The notes under the pieces were generated by a model that saw only the letters and a program-made list of their open reading frames with translations, did no database searches and had not been told where the DNA came from. Of a stretch of 64,000 nucleotides of DNA, positions 1-14,465 are shown one piece after another (position 1 is the first letter of the stretch; each line of letters starts with the position of its first letter). The stretch lies in contig OZ024757.1 of assembly GCA_964016885.1 (NCBI GenBank), forward strand, positions 17,050,001 to 17,114,000, in the 5' to 3' direction. The DNA comes from Eledone cirrhosa. Taxonomy: Eukaryota. The position numbers and the translations under genes are program-made.

Positions 1-21
1 GATATAGATAGATAGATAGAT

Positions 22-560
22 ATATTTCTTTTATTTGCCACCAGGGCATCAAAAGTGGGACAAGTACAATGGGGGGAGTTTACAAAACAAGGCGTCCTCA
101 ATAAGGAGGAGGCAATAACAATATATAAAAATAAAATAAAATATAACAAAAAATAAAATTTATAACAAAGTCCTCAATAGAGAGGAGGCGCCTTGGGGGG
201 TCGCACACACCCCCGAAAAAAAGTGTGCAACCCTTCTCCTCAGGAGCACAGAGAAGGGGTGCTCCCTTGGTCTTTCATCTTCCTCACCTATAGTCTCATG
301 TAGAGTGAAGGCCCATTCACACGGGCCATTCTCGCCACTTTCACCCATCTTTCATAAAAACGGCTGGGGTGCAATAGATAGATATGTTTCTTTATTAGCC
401 ACAGGGACACAAAAGAAGGGGACAAATAGAAAGGGGGAAGTTTACATACAATAAAAACGTGTAAAATACTATCACAAATGCAATTTAAAAAATCAATCGA
501 TTTTCCCCAATAGGGGGAGACATTACATATGGGTACAACACATACCCCCGAAAAAATTAG
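22..560 (-). mobile_element. Two tandem 3' fragments of a non-LTR retrotransposon with a (TATC)n tail, possibly L1/Tx1-like
   Basis: Minus frame ends FYERWVKVARMARVNGPSLYMRL*. The 3' UTR ends AATAAAGAAAYATATCTATC. Similar copies lie at about 32470-32800 and 54430-54750. Confidence 0.5.
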
Positions 561-1042
561 ATAGATAGATAGATGGCTAGCTGGCTGGATAGAGATATAG
601 ATGGATGAATGGATAGGTAGATAGATGGTTGGATGGAGGGAGAGAGAGGGATTGATAGATAGAAGGTTGGATAAATGAAGGGACAGATAGATAGAGAGAG
701 ACAAACAGATAGGCATATAGATAGGCACCTTAACTTGTAGAAGCCCATCATTTTTCTTGGGTCATACAAAATATTACTTTAAATAACATATTGAGGGTGG
801 GTAACATTTATATACCTATCTATCTACTTGTCTGTCTGTCTATGTATCCGTTTATATATTTACCTACCCACCTCTCTCTCTCTCTCACCCTTCCACCACC
901 TCTTTTACCCCATTTTAATTTTATTTTGATCATGCCTTTATTTTTAATTTCATTTGCACCGTTTCCTCTCACCCCCTTTTTGCTATATGTCTCTCCACCA
1001 CTCCCCTACACACCCTTTGAACTCTCTTCCCACACACTTTTC

Positions 1043-1074
1043 ACCTGAAGAAGGGCTTATGCCCGAAACGTCGT
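1043..1074 (+). ncRNA. Minimal type I hammerhead ribozyme motif in a PLE pLTR-like fragment (about 790-1162)
   Basis: CTGAAGA-a-GGGC(ttat)GCCC-GAAA-C-GTC. Stem III is the palindrome ACGT. Stem I is weak (2 bp). AATAAA and a (TA)n run follow. Confidence 0.6.
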
Positions 1075-1412
1075 TCCCCACCACCACCCCACTCTCAAGA
1101 GCGTGAAATTAATAAACATTCGTTGTACTGCCTCTCTGTTTTGTTCCCGTTCAATTTTTCATTATATATATATATATATATATTGAGAGGTGGGTAGGTA
1201 AATATATAAAGATGCATATATATATAACATATATATATATATCATATCATATATATATATATATATCACATATATATATATATATATCATATATATATAT
1301 ATATATATATATAAAAATGACTTCTATATGATTAAAACTCTTTTATCGTATACTCTACCAATGTATTGAGTACCTTTTGTAACTGTAGTTCCATTCCGAA
1401 TATATATATATA

Positions 1413-1603
1413 TAGGAAAAAGTATGACCCCGCCGGCAGAGCTCAAGCTGTTTCGACGGCTATTTCTGGACTCGAAACGTCGAAACGGCTTGAGCTCTGC
1501 CGTCGGGGTCATACTTTTTTCCTATTACCCACTCTACTACCCTAAGTATTGAGTACTCTGGTGCGTTAGGGTCCATCTGGTTCCTTACCACAACTCCTTC
1601 GTT
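1413..1603 (+). mobile_element. Short PLE family A copy (3' end of the 55.8-59.3 kb element) with inverted 5' arm, in (TA)n
   Basis: GAAACGGCTTGAGCTCTGCCGTCGGGGTC...TACCCACTCTACTAC...GTATTGAGTAC...CCTTCGTT resembles the reverse complement of 55787-55925. Confidence 0.85.
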
Positions 1604-1896
1604 ATATATATATATCTGAAGATCAACTAAATAATAAATGAGGCCTCAGTGAGGTCATTCGAGCAGCTAGAAATGACAGTCAATTTTCCTCCCAAATCAC
1701 ATCCTACCATTGTAAAGAAGGAAATAGAATACATTAGAGAAAAAGAGATAATGTAGTCATTGATATCTACAAAAAAAGATGGGATGGTCACAACAGGATT
1801 GCTGCGCTGCATCTGATCATGTTTGTTTAGTCGTTGGGAAAGAGAGAGGGCTACAAACACAATATATATATATATATATATACACATGTGTGTATG

Positions 1897-1941
<45 letters not shown>

Positions 1942-2187
1942 TATAATATTCATTTTATTAAGGCTACATAGTGAGACTTGTAACTACAGTTTCGCCTGTT
2001 TATCTCATGAATAGTTGAACTCTATTTCGGTATTGAGTACCTTTTTTGTCATCAGATTCATACGTGTGTGTGTGTGTGTGTCGGGTTCGATCGGGGGTAA
2101 CCACAGTAAGTAAGGTAGTCAATACATAGCAGAGTATAAATATTTAATATAGAAATGGCTTCTACAGAACTAGAACTGTTTCATTCG

Positions 2188-2219
<32 letters not shown>

Positions 2220-3039
2220 AATAGAATAGAATAGAATAGAAGATAGTGAATTATATTTCAGAACAGAGCAGAGCAGAGCATTTTGTGGAACGATAGGGGA
2301 CATTGTTGAAAGACGAGAAATGGGGGAGGGGAAAACTAGGCTAGGGATCCTGAATGTGTGAAAGGGAGTGGGAAAAGGCGGTGGGAGGGAGCGACATTTG
2401 TAAGATCAATATCTGAAACCATGTCAGTTTGTGTAGACACACACACGCACATACACACACACATTCACATAAATGTGTGGGATGTATTAATGTATTATTT
2501 AACTAACTTTAACAAAATCCGATTTACCATATTCAATACAGAATGTGGGTGAGTGTGTGGTAAATCGAATATAATTTATAGTTAATTAAATAAATATTAT
2601 ACACAACAGAAATATATATATAATTATGATTATTAATAATAAAGCACCAGTTATGCACTAGGGTCGATTTAATCGACTTTCCCCTCTCTCAAAATTACTT
2701 GTGTCTATAGTAGAAATCTTTATTATTAATATGAAGATTAAATAGTGAATCTTGTTTCTGCTTTTCACAGGGTCAACCACATACGGATCTCTCTATTGAT
2801 ATATATATATAAATATATATAAAAATACATATATATGTATTTATAATTATACACATACACACATAAATATATGTGAGTGTGTGTGTGTGTGTGTGTATTG
2901 GTGTAGTTTCTAAGGAAAATGGTCAGCGAATAAAAATTAAAAAAAAAGATATTTGGAATAAAGATACTATTTTTAAGAGACCGTAAATATTAACCGTAAC
3001 ATTTTAACTGCAAACGTCTTTGACCTCTGCATTTAGTAA

Positions 3040-3116
3040 TACAAAAATCATCATCATCACCACCATCATATATTAATACATATAATATATATATTGCTTA
3101 GCATTTCCTAATACTA

Positions 3117-3179
<63 letters not shown>

Positions 3180-3291
3180 TAAGAATGAATAACCAGTTTA
3201 GACCTATATATAGTATAAATAGAATATTAGGAAAAACTAGGCAATATATATACATATATATAGTATAAACAGAATATTAGGAAAGACTAGG

Positions 3292-3341
<50 letters not shown>

Positions 3342-4030
3342 CACATCGAAGTGGAATTAAAAATCCACCAAGAAAGGGAGACCTGTAATTTGCTGAGCTA
3401 AGAAAGGGTTAAGGTATTCCATTCGCTATCTCAGCAGCTGGGTAGATTGCTGTCGACAAGACAGTGTCAGAGAGACTGAGAGAGGTGGGGGAAACGGCGG
3501 CCATGTTGAAAATTCAACCAAGCTGGCTACACACTTTTACACACACACACATATATATTATATATAACAAACATATTATATATCCACATAGCAATAAGTT
3601 ATTTAACATTAAATTGCCTTATGTTTCATATACATCCTTAAATATATATTTTGCAGAAAAATAATGTATTATTATTATTATTATTTATTTATTTATTGCA
3701 GTACTTATTCAGATAGCAATAGTAGTAGTAGTAGTAGTAGTAGTAATGGTGGTGGTAATAGTGGTATCGGCTTCCGTCGGTCTTAACGCTTCTCTCTCTC
3801 TCTTTCTCTTTTCTTGCTTACTGGCTTTTCACAATTTTAATAAAAATTTTATAAGAACATATTAATTATTTTTAGAAATATTGATTGGTATAATGAAGAG
3901 GTATATCTATCTATATTTTTAATCACCTTGAATTATTTGTCTAAACACATACGTTAAGCCATACACACATACGTTACATTGTTTCAAGAAAATTGCATAG
4001 ATGGCTATGTCAAGGTCCTTTCAATTTATT

Positions 4031-4129
<99 letters not shown>

Positions 4130-4148
4130 CATATATATACATATATAC

Positions 4149-4205
<57 letters not shown>

Positions 4206-4209
4206 CATA

Positions 4210-4248
<39 letters not shown>

Positions 4249-4338
4249 ATACACAGATATATATACACATATATATATATATACACACACACATATATAT
4301 ATATACACACATATATATATACACACACATATATATAT

Positions 4339-4385
<47 letters not shown>

Positions 4386-4462
4386 CACATATATATATAC
4401 ACATATATATATATACGTGTATATATATATATACATATACATACACACATATATATATACAC

Positions 4463-4550
<88 letters not shown>

Positions 4551-4729
4551 TGGTTGACGGGTGAGAAAAGAGTACTCAATATCGAAGTAGAGTTTAAATA
4601 TTCATTTTATTAAGGCTAAATAGTGAGTCTTGCTACTCTGGAGTTTCGCCTGTTTACCACAAGGTTAGGAGACCTGTGATAAACAGGCTAAACTATAGAG
4701 TAACAAGACTCACTAGTTAGCCTTAGTAA

Positions 4730-4790
<61 letters not shown>
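3040..4790. repeat. Compound (TA)n/(CA)n microsatellite region; main tract about 4030-4548
   Basis: Read directly. It explains the IY/HT-rich ORFs. Confidence 0.95.
4548..4737 (-). mobile_element. Short pLTR-like family B fold-back element; relatives at about 1945-2062 and 20240-20352
   Basis: Inverted arms carry CAGGC-GAAA-CTC(ca)GAG-TA, the 3' half of a hammerhead. Tail is AACTCTACTTCGATATTGAGTAC. Flanked by (TA)n. Confidence 0.6.
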
Positions 4791-4795
<5 letters not shown>

Positions 4796-5619
4796 TCTGA
4801 AATGTAACTAATTAGGACCATTATTCCACTCAGTACTCCATACCAACGAAAAGTAGAATATAATAATGATTTTCTGCTCTGTGGTTGAGCTTTTACTGTT
4901 TCATTTGGTCATAAAACGGTAAAACCCTTATAACATACATCCATATGTGTGTGTGTGTGTATTCCCCGATCAAGCCAAGATTAGTATTAATAATTGTTTC
5001 TACTTTTGGCAGAAGGCCAGCAATTTCCCAGTAGATTACTGGTACTTTATTTTATCGACCCCGTAAGGATGAAAGGCAAAGTAAACCTCGGCGAGATTTG
5101 AACTCAGAATGGCAAGGGCCGTAACTCTATGCGTCAATAATGATGTTCATTAAATTTTATTTCAACACATTTTAAAACTTCACTACACAGATTAGAAAAA
5201 AGGCAACACACACATATACATACATATACATACATATACACACACACACAAAAGAGGGCAATGAGAAGTTTTAGAGAGAATAATTTTATAAATTATTCTA
5301 AACTATAGAAGTGTAGAGTAATATTGGAAACAAAAAGTAAAGTTAAAAATAAAAATGAGTTGACATAAAACATTTTAATGGCAAAAACAAAATGCAGAGA
5401 GAGGTATATATGACAGGGAGAAAAGACAGCCGAGAAAGAGAGAAAGCAGTGGAGTAGGTCACCACCGCCGTCGCCATCATTAAACCAACACCGCCATTAC
5501 TACTAGTAGTAGTGAACTCATTGTTATTCGTTTCATCCATCGTATATACATAACATATATATATATATATATATATAGATATATATATACATGTATGTGT
5601 GTGTGTGTATACGTGTATG

Positions 5620-5669
<50 letters not shown>

Positions 5670-5799
5670 AGTGTATATCTCTCTATATATATATATGTGT
5701 GTGTGTGTACGTATAACTATATATGTATATGTGTGTGTATGTGTGTACAGCTTCTAATATTAACTACTGCAAGAAACCATTACTATTAATATCTACTGA

Positions 5800-6020
5800 A
5801 GAGTGGTAAATTGGCAGAAATGGTAGAGTGTCGGACAAACTGTTTTTGCGGTATTTAATTACGGCTCTTTATGTTCTGAGCTCAAAATCTACCGATGTCA
5901 CCTTTGCCTTTTATCCTACCTTTCCGAGGTCGATAAAATAAAGTACCCGTCAAATTCTAGTGTCGATATAATCAATTTTCCCTCCCCCAAAATAACTGGC
6001 ATTGTGCCTAGATTAGAAAA
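5800..6020 (+). mobile_element. tRNA-derived SINE, diverged copy
   Basis: A-box-like TGGCAGAAATGG, B-box-like GAGCTCAAA, and core GCCTTT.ATCCT...GAGGTCGATAAAATAAAGTACC. Confidence 0.75.
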
Positions 6021-6259
6021 AAAATTAAGGGAGATGGATTGGCAGAAACGTGAGAGCTTCGGACAAATGCTTAGTTCATATTTAAATTAAAACCTTCCAA
6101 CATAATTTTATATAAATACCCTATGTTAGAGATACTGTCTTAATAATTAACAAATTTAGTAAATTTCTCCAAATTCTTTATTAACCCTTTTAATACCAAC
6201 CTGCCCAAAATCGCCTCCAGTTCTATGAAACAAAATCGCCCGTTTTAAAGAGTTTTTAT

Positions 6260-6490
6260 TTAACCCTTTAGCATTTACATTACCTCTATATTTACTATTG
6301 TATTTTAGCAGTAAAGGGTTTATCTCACAATGTTGGATCTATGAGATGTTGATATCATTTATTTTGAGAACAATACCTTAACAATACCTGAACATAGATC
6401 CCATATTATGTGGGTTAGTTATGTAAGATAAAGCCTTTACCACAAAAATACAATAGTAAATATAGAGTAATGTAAATGCTAAAGGGTTAA
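6260..6490. mobile_element. piggyBac-type MITE
   Basis: TTAA-CCCTTTAGCATTTACATTAC ... GTAATGTAAATGCTAAAGGG-TTAA, with TIRs of about 45 bp and TTAA TSDs. Relatives lie at about 33723-33937 and 35360-35535. Confidence 0.8.
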
Positions 6491-6869
6491 CATCAGTATG
6501 AGTGGCCAGTTACAGTCCGTTTGAACAGAAAGAAGTGAGAGAATTCTGGCCAGATACAGCCGGTTTAAATGCTAAAGGGTTAAATCAAAACCGTCCAACG
6601 TGAATTTATATGAGAATCTTTCGTTAAGTTATGTTCCAAATAGCATCTTAATTAGGAAATAATTAAGTTTAAATCCCACCAAGGATAACTTTTCCTTTCA
6701 TCCTTACTGGATCGATAAAATAAAATACCAGTTAAATATTGTGGTCGATATAATTGAATCCCCGCCTTGTGCCTAAATTAGAAATCATTTTTAACCACTG
6801 AAGAAAAACAAAAGACTTTTTGAAGCATATAGCCTTTATTTGCGTATTCTTGCACTTACGGCCAGATGG

Positions 6870-6912
<43 letters not shown>

Positions 6913-7330
6913 AATGGTTTCTACATTTGGCACAAGGCCAGCAATTTTTGTGGCGAGGGAAAAGTCTATTATATCCACTCCAGTAGTTTACTGGTACTTT
7001 TATTTTCTCGAACCTGGAAGAAAGGCAAAATTAATCTCGGAAGGACGGGATTTGAACCCAGGATTTAAAGAACCAGAACAAATACTTTTAAGCATTTGTC
7101 CGATGCTCTAACGATTCCTATAATCCACCGCTTAATAATGGTCTCTGATTTAGGAACAAGGCCAGCAATTTTGGGGGGAAAGGAAGGTTGATCAAATCGA
7201 CCTCAGTGCATTACTGGTACTTTATTTTATCGACCCCGTAAAGATGAAAGGTAAAGCTACCCTCGGCGGAACAGTAACTATATGCCGCAGAGAATGCTGT
7301 CCGACGCTCTACCGATACCGCCAATCCACT
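6913..7330 (-). mobile_element. Two adjacent tRNA-derived SINE copies
   Basis: Reverse complement of the SINE seen at 23189-23378. Confidence 0.8.
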
Positions 7331-7728
7331 AATAATAATTGTTTCTACTTCTGGCACAAGCCCAGCAATTACCCCAGTGCATTACTGGTACTTTATTTTA
7401 TCGACCCCGTAAATAATAATTGTTTCTACTTCTGGCACAAGCCCAGCAATTATCTCAGTGCATTACTGGTACTTTATTTTATCGACCCCGTAAATAATAA
7501 TTGTTTCTACTTTTGGCACAAGCCCAGCAATTATCCCAGTGCATTACTGGTACTTTAATTTATCGACCCCGTAAATAATAATTGTTTCTACTTTTGGCAC
7601 AAGCCCAGCAATTATCTCAGTACATTACTGGTACTTTAATTTATCGACCCCGTAAATAATAATTGTTTCTACTTTTGGCACAAGCCCAGCAATTATCTCA
7701 GTACATTACTGGTACTTTATTTTAGCGA
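7331..7728 (-). repeat. 81-bp tandem array (about 5 units) built from the SINE 3' part
   Basis: Units start at 7331, 7412, 7493, 7574 and 7655 (AATAATAATTGTTTCTACTT...CGACCCCGTA). The SINE head resumes at about 7846-7958. Confidence 0.9.
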
Positions 7729-8135
7729 AACGCTTACTTGGAGCAGCATCCTTTCATATTTCACGTCATATATTTAGCAGGGGGACGAAGCTTTGCTAAC
7801 CCTACTCGATAGATCCCCTATTCTTTCATGGCTTAATGGCTCTATAAGGATGAAAGGCCAAGTTAACCTCGGCAGGGATTTGAACTCAGACCGTAAAGGG
7901 GCGTAACGCTATGCTGCAAAGCATGGCGTCCGACTCCCTACTGATACTGCCAATCCACATGGTAGTACAATGGAAGTTGCTCCTTCCAATCACTGACAAT
8001 GCTATCAAACGGTTATTGTTATCAAAATAATTATTTGATTCCGATTATAAGAGTCGATTATTGGTATCGAAAAGGCTTTGTCCAAAAATGATCACAATAA
8101 CCGGCTTCCATCGCCTCTGCCACCACCACCACAGA

Positions 8136-8229
8136 AATAGTAGTAGTAGTAGTAGTAGTGACAATGGTGGTTGAGATGGTAGTATTAGTAGTGGTGGAAG
8201 GGATGGTGATGAACATGGTGAATTAGTTA

Positions 8230-8276
<47 letters not shown>

Positions 8277-8455
8277 ATAGTAGTAGTAATAGTAGTAGTA
8301 ATAGTAGTAGTAGTAGTGGTAGTAGTAGTAGTAATAGTAGTAGTAATAGTAGTAGTAGTAGTAGTAGTAGTAGTGACAGTGGTGGTTGAGATGGTAGTAT
8401 TAGTAGTGGTGGAAGGGATGGTGATGAACATGGTGAATTAGTTATAGTGGTTGTG

Positions 8456-8486
<31 letters not shown>

Positions 8487-8705
8487 TGGTAGTAATAGTA
8501 GTAGTAGTAGTAATAGTAGTAGTAGTAATAGTAGTAGTAGTAGTGGTAGTAATAGTAGTAGTAGTGGTAGTAATAGTAGTAGTAGTAGTAATAGTAGTAG
8601 TAGTAGTAGTGGTAGTAGTAGTAGTGGTAGTAATAGTAGTAGTAGTAGTAGCAGCAGCAGCATTAGTAGTAGTAGTAGTAGTAGTAGCAACAGTCGTAGT
8701 AGTCT
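8136..8705. repeat. (TAG)n tract with a duplicated 75-bp unique spacer
   Basis: GTGACA.TGGTGGTTGAGATGG...GAATTAGTTATAGT occurs at about 8158 and 8372. Confidence 0.9.
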
Positions 8706-8963
8706 CGTAATTCTCCGTCACGAAGGACATTAACAAAAAATTACTTAATCATGTTTAATTAACAATAACAGATTTCGGTGGAATATTAAATGTTATACTC
8801 TCAAGGAGTAAGGTTATGTATGCATGTAACGTGATGTTGTGGCCTTCATTACTATCCACCACCCTATCAAAAGCAGACGATGACCTCCATTTGGGAATTA
8901 CACAATAGATAATATTGAATAATAAAGGACTAGCAAAAAGCTGTGACTGTTCAGCTGCCTGCC

Positions 8964-9005
<42 letters not shown>

Positions 9006-9007
9006 AA

Positions 9008-9415
9008 TAGTGTACCCCCAGGGTTTCGCGGTCCCGGTTATTCGCGGAAATTTCCTTAGAACTTAACTATGAACTGTTCGTGGAAACCACCGCATATTCG
9101 CAGAATCGTAAATATCTTCCGCGATTTTAGTGGCAATATATATTTTTTCATCTCGGCGACAGAGAGTTTCTGCCCTTTACGTTCTAGATACGATTTTTAC
9201 TGCGGCCTTTTACGTTCAGTACCAGTAATGCATTGGGTATTTGCTGGCCTTGTGCCAAAAGTAGAAACAATATATATTTTTTTGCGCTAAATTATTAACA
9301 ACAGTATTTGCCAGCCTATAATTTACGTTATATTTCGACGTTTAGTCATTTTTATGGACCACGTCAAATATTCGCGGGTACTCTAGGAACGTAAACCCCG
9401 CGAAGACCAGGGGAC

Positions 9416-9420
<5 letters not shown>
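9008..9420. mobile_element. pogo/Tigger-like MITE with an internal SINE fragment
   Basis: Degenerate TIRs: left GTGTACCCCCAGGGTTTCGCGG, right CCGCGAAGACCAGGGGACAACTG. Confidence 0.5.
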
Positions 9421-9470
<50 letters not shown>

Positions 9471-9729
9471 TGTGTGTGTGTATATATAGAGAGAGAGACA
9501 CACACACATGGTGTCCAACGCGTAAAGACACTTTTCCTACTATATCAAGCGTTAAACTAATATATTTCTTCAATGTACTGTGCCGTTTGCTTTATTATTT
9601 CTGTTTACTTTTTACATGTGTGTATATATATATATATAGTAATAATAAATTTGAAGACTAAAATCCGAAGAGGGCTCTATAAGGATAATATACATAAAAA
9701 TATACATAAAAACCGTTAGAGCAAATATC

Positions 9730-9872
9730 TATTAAAATAACAGATTAAAGTTTAAGCAAAGAATCGCTGCTTTCATCCTTAACGGGATCTTCTGAAACGT
9801 GTTTATATGAAGATCCCGTTAAGGGTGAAACCAGCGATTCTTTGCTTAAATTTTAATCTGTTGTTTTAATAT
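9730..9872. mobile_element. Fold-back pLTR-like element; same family as the arms at 15731-15797 and 16013-16080
   Basis: Inverted arms of about 62 bp containing TGAAGA-TCCCGTTAAGGGT-GAAA, which is hammerhead-like. Confidence 0.6.
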
Positions 9873-9878
9873 ATATAT

Positions 9879-10319
9879 ACTAGCAGAGGTACCCAGCGTT
9901 GCTCGGATATTAAATAGCAGTTGTGTATACCATTTATGTCAATACTTCAGTGCTGCTTCGAAACCTATACTTTTACAAAATCATCGGTTTTTTTTCCAAA
10001 AGGGGGTTCCTGCCCCCAGGGGTCCCCTACTCAATATGTGCCAATTCTGAGAGTTCACATTCATCTGTAGAACAAACGTAGCCCATGTGTCAAGTTTCGT
10101 GAAAATCGGTTGCGAACTCCAGACGTTATGACGTTTTGTTGCATTGCACTGCAGTGCTTCAGTCGACTCCAAGGAAGTGGTTAAAGGGGGTTATCTGCCG
10201 GGGGGCCTATAATCAATATCTGGAAAAATGAAAGTACCCATGACCATAAGTAACCAATGTCTTAAGTTTGGTGAAAATACTGTAGAAATGCATAAGGTTT
10301 ATACATGCGCGAGCGCGCG

Positions 10320-10391
<72 letters not shown>

Positions 10392-11016
10392 TGTGTGTGT
10401 GTGTGTGTGTGTTTGTGTGTGTTTGTGTGTGCGTATGTATGTGTATGTCCATCGGGGCATACGGATGTACTGGCCTAAATCTTCACTATTTACTTTTACT
10501 ATTTTAATAACCTGTCTTTTTCGTTTTCAATTTTATTTACATCATTCTTAAACTCCGGGGCTGGAAATCATTCATTCTGTTATGTTAAATAGAATATTAG
10601 TCTAACGACTCCATTTATACCATAAACTTGGTCTTGTCTTTGCAAGAAATTGTTCTTCACGCTCCACATAACGACGTATTATCCTCGCTTTTTTTTCTGT
10701 TCATTGCCAGAGAACGTCTTCACGAACCAAAATATTGTCTTCCTGTTTTCGTTCGGTTGGAACGTTTCTCGAAATATTTACTTCTGCGTTCACAGATTAC
10801 TCTCAGTTCAATTTGAATGGAAAATTCCTGTTTCATCGATTTTCTCCGTAACCATGGAAGCTTGTACCCTAAAAGTCGACCCAACGCCTCCTCGGGTCAT
10901 TCTACATAACTGTGTAAATTTTCGCTGCATTCCACCAAGCCATTTCGACGTTTATCCGATTACACTTACTTACTTAAATATATAACGTCCGACCACTTCC
11001 AATTTATATAGTAGAT
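9879..11016 (+). mobile_element. Non-autonomous Helitron/Helentron (HINE-like) element, possibly composite
   Basis: Starts ACTAGCAGAGGTACCCAGCGTTGCTCGG, contains AAGTTTCGTGAAAATCGG motifs and ends TTTATATAGTAGAT. Confidence 0.5.
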
Positions 11017-11162
11017 TATATACATATATTATTCTTTCTCCAAGCGTGAAACTAATACACTTTATGGTATTGCATCCTCTTGTTCGTTCGTTTCGTGTTT
11101 CCTTGACTTACACACAGTCTGTTGAGTGATTGTATTGTCGTTCTTGTTTGTACATCCAAATA

Positions 11163-11271
<109 letters not shown>

Positions 11272-11796
11272 TACGTATATAACTATTATAATTAGTGTTT
11301 CTTCAACTTCTCAGTTGAAATCCCGTCGAGGCCAATGAAGCCTTTCATCCTTTTCGGGTTTAATAAAACAAAGTACCAGTCATGTACTGGTGTCGATTTA
11401 ATCGACTTTCCTCTTCCTCAAAATTGATGGCTTTCTGCCTCAAGTAGAAACCACATGCTTTGCAGCATAGTGTTACGGTCCTTTATGGTCTGAGTTCAAA
11501 TCCCGCCGAGGTTAACTTTGCCTTTCATTCTTACGGGGTCGATAAAATAAAGTACCAGTAATGCACTGAGTATTTGCTGGCCTTGTTCCAAAAGTAGAAA
11601 CAATTATATACATCTAGGTTAGCTGGTATTAAAGTTCCAGCGATAAATTACCCGTTAGAGGACTCCTCGGCTGAATAAAGGACACAACAAACCTCCCTAG
11701 TGCTGGTCCACAATAGACTGCAACTGCTTAATTTTCGGCGGCCTATCTTAAAATAAATATATATAAATATTTTATATTTGAAAACGAATTTATATA

Positions 11797-12075
11797 TCAT
11801 CATCATCGTTTAACGTCCATGTTCCACGCTTGCATGGGTTTGGACGGGAGTATTCCCACTTGAGGCAAGAGTGGTTGTCTTGCTCGCATAGGACTGCTGG
11901 CGGGTTTTCTACATCTGGATGCCCTTCCTAACACCAACCACATTTACAGTGTGGGACTGGGAGGTTTTTACCGTGTTGCCTACACGGCCACATTACAGCG
12001 TGGACTGTGTGTTTTTTTTTGTCGTGACACCTACACGATCTCATTTGTTTCGGCCTGGATGTTGTGGCACCAACA
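11797..12075 (-). mobile_element. Dispersed repeat with RTE-like (GAT)n tail; copies at about 17780-17955, 30350-30630, 30775-30940 and 30970-31145
   Basis: Shared TGGTGTTAGGAAGGGCATCCAG ... CCCATGCAAGCGTGGAA.ATGGACGTTAAACGATGATG. Confidence 0.75.
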
Positions 12076-12168
12076 TAACTTTACATTGAAAGGGGCGGTG
12101 TGGATGGGGTGGGACGGGGTGTGTTTTGATAGAGGTGCCTACTGACTGTAGTAGGTTTTACTTTGTAT

Positions 12169-12303
12169 TTAGGTAAGGCGGATCTTCTTTATTACTGAGT
12201 ACCGCCAAAGGTCTCGGTCCAGTGAAATTGTCTTGGAGAGGTGTAAGCGTGTGAGGTCGGAATTTATTATGTCGTCCCAGGTTTTTCTGGGTCTGCCTAC
12301 TCC

Positions 12304-12304
<1 letters not shown>
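12169..12304 (-). pseudogene. C-terminal relic of an RTE-clade LINE ORF
   Basis: [17 protein letters not shown]...DRDLWRYSV* matches the RTE C-terminal GRPxxxW...DRxxWR signature. Confidence 0.7.
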
Positions 12305-12396
<92 letters not shown>

Positions 12397-12693
12397 CACA
12401 CATACACACAAATATTGTTTATGCGTAACCCCTGACAGAGTCGTAGGAGCGCAATTGTGACATATGGCGTTTTGGGGACTTTTTAAACAGGGTGGAGACC
12501 ATCCCCTCTCCAGATCTGAACACAGCCAATTTCTTCCAGAGTAGTCGAAGAGTGGGAGAGAGAGAATGATAGAAAGGAATGGAGAAAGAGATATAGAGTA
12601 AGAATCGACCCTAGTACTGGACTTCACTGTTACTTTTTTAATACATATTTGTGTGATGAGTGTATGTGCGTGTGTATATATGTATGTATATAT

Positions 12694-12745
<52 letters not shown>

Positions 12746-12811
12746 GAGAGGTATAGAGATTGTTTTAGCAAGAAACTAACGGCATTCTATAACATATATG
12801 TCCCATTCTAT

Positions 12812-12852
<41 letters not shown>

Positions 12853-13026
12853 AGGGTTGACGGACCCACCATATTTATTAATGCCAGTACCGGTTGTATC
12901 TCAGCGCACTCAATGGGCAATATAAGATACATTTACCAGAGTATACACATAGTTATTTACCTCAACATGGAGTTGTAGGGGTGTCGTAATGACTCACAGC
13001 GTTTCGTGGAGATTTTAAAACATGGC

Positions 13027-13180
13027 GGACCCCATCCCTTTCCATATCTGAACACAGCCGAATTTCTTCTTCTGGACCCCATCCCTTTCCATATCTAAAC
13101 ACAGCCGAATTTCTTCTTCTGGACCCCATCCCTTTCCATATCTAAACACAGCCGAATTTCTTCTTCTTCTTCTTCTTCTT
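13027..13180. repeat. 47-bp tandem repeat, 3 units; single related copy at about 12497
   Basis: Unit GGACCCCATCCCTTTCCATATCTAAACACAGCCGAATTTCTTCTTCT. Confidence 0.85.
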
Positions 13181-13840
13181 GAGAGAGAGAGAGAGAGGGA
13201 GAGAGAGATAGAAGGGGTGGGGGGTAGACAGAGATATAGAGGAAGAATCGACCCCCAGTACTTGAGTGGTACATTTTTTTTTATTGACCTCGAATAGATA
13301 AAAGGCATAGTTGATATCGTCGGTATTTGAACTCAGAGAGCCCAGACAGTCGGAAAAAAATTCAGCAAATTATTGTATCGGCCGTTCTAACGACTGTTAA
13401 TTCACAGCCTACACACATAAACATATATATGTGTGTACAACAGTGAATGCGCACACAAATCAAAATGGCTACCAAAGCCTGCTGAATGTCATTCGTCATT
13501 GTGTAGAAAGACGGACAGATAACGATAAGATACGTGTGTATGTGTGAGTATATATACACACACACACACACTCACACATGTAGACTTTATCTTAACCCAT
13601 CTATCTATCTCTCTCTATATATATATCTATATATATAGAGAGAGAGGGGTGCGTATGTGCATACATACAGACAATACAGACGACCTTTATCCATCTTACT
13701 GTGTGTGTGTACACACACACACATATATATATATACACACATGCACCTACATATACACACCCACGCACATACATATATACACACACATTATATATATATA
13801 TATGTGTGTGTATATGTATGTGCGTGGGTGTGAATATGCA

Positions 13841-13935
<95 letters not shown>

Positions 13936-14039
13936 GTGCATGTGCCAATACATAAACCCAAATAATTCGCGACCCTTGCATTGTCCATGGATAATCATTT
14001 TGTTCTTCACAGATTAATGTAATAAGAGCCTTTACACAG

Positions 14040-14070
<31 letters not shown>

Positions 14071-14178
14071 CTCTCTCTCTCTCTCTCTTTCTCAGTCTTG
14101 CTTACACTAAACATGGAGAACATGTTGCTACTGTTAGCTGACTTCGGTTGAGAAGTTTTGTAGGCTGGAAAGAGCATG

Positions 14179-14236
<58 letters not shown>

Positions 14237-14325
14237 ATATATGTATGTGCGCGCGCGTGTGTATATGTGTGTGTGTATGTGCGCACGCGTGTGTATATGT
14301 GTGTGTGCATGTGCGCGCGCGCGTG

Positions 14326-14465
<140 letters not shown>

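Noticed and set aside
3979-4613. Long IY/YI/HT-rich ORFs here and throughout the window
   Set aside because: They are translations of (TA)n/(CA)n microsatellites, which lack stop codons.
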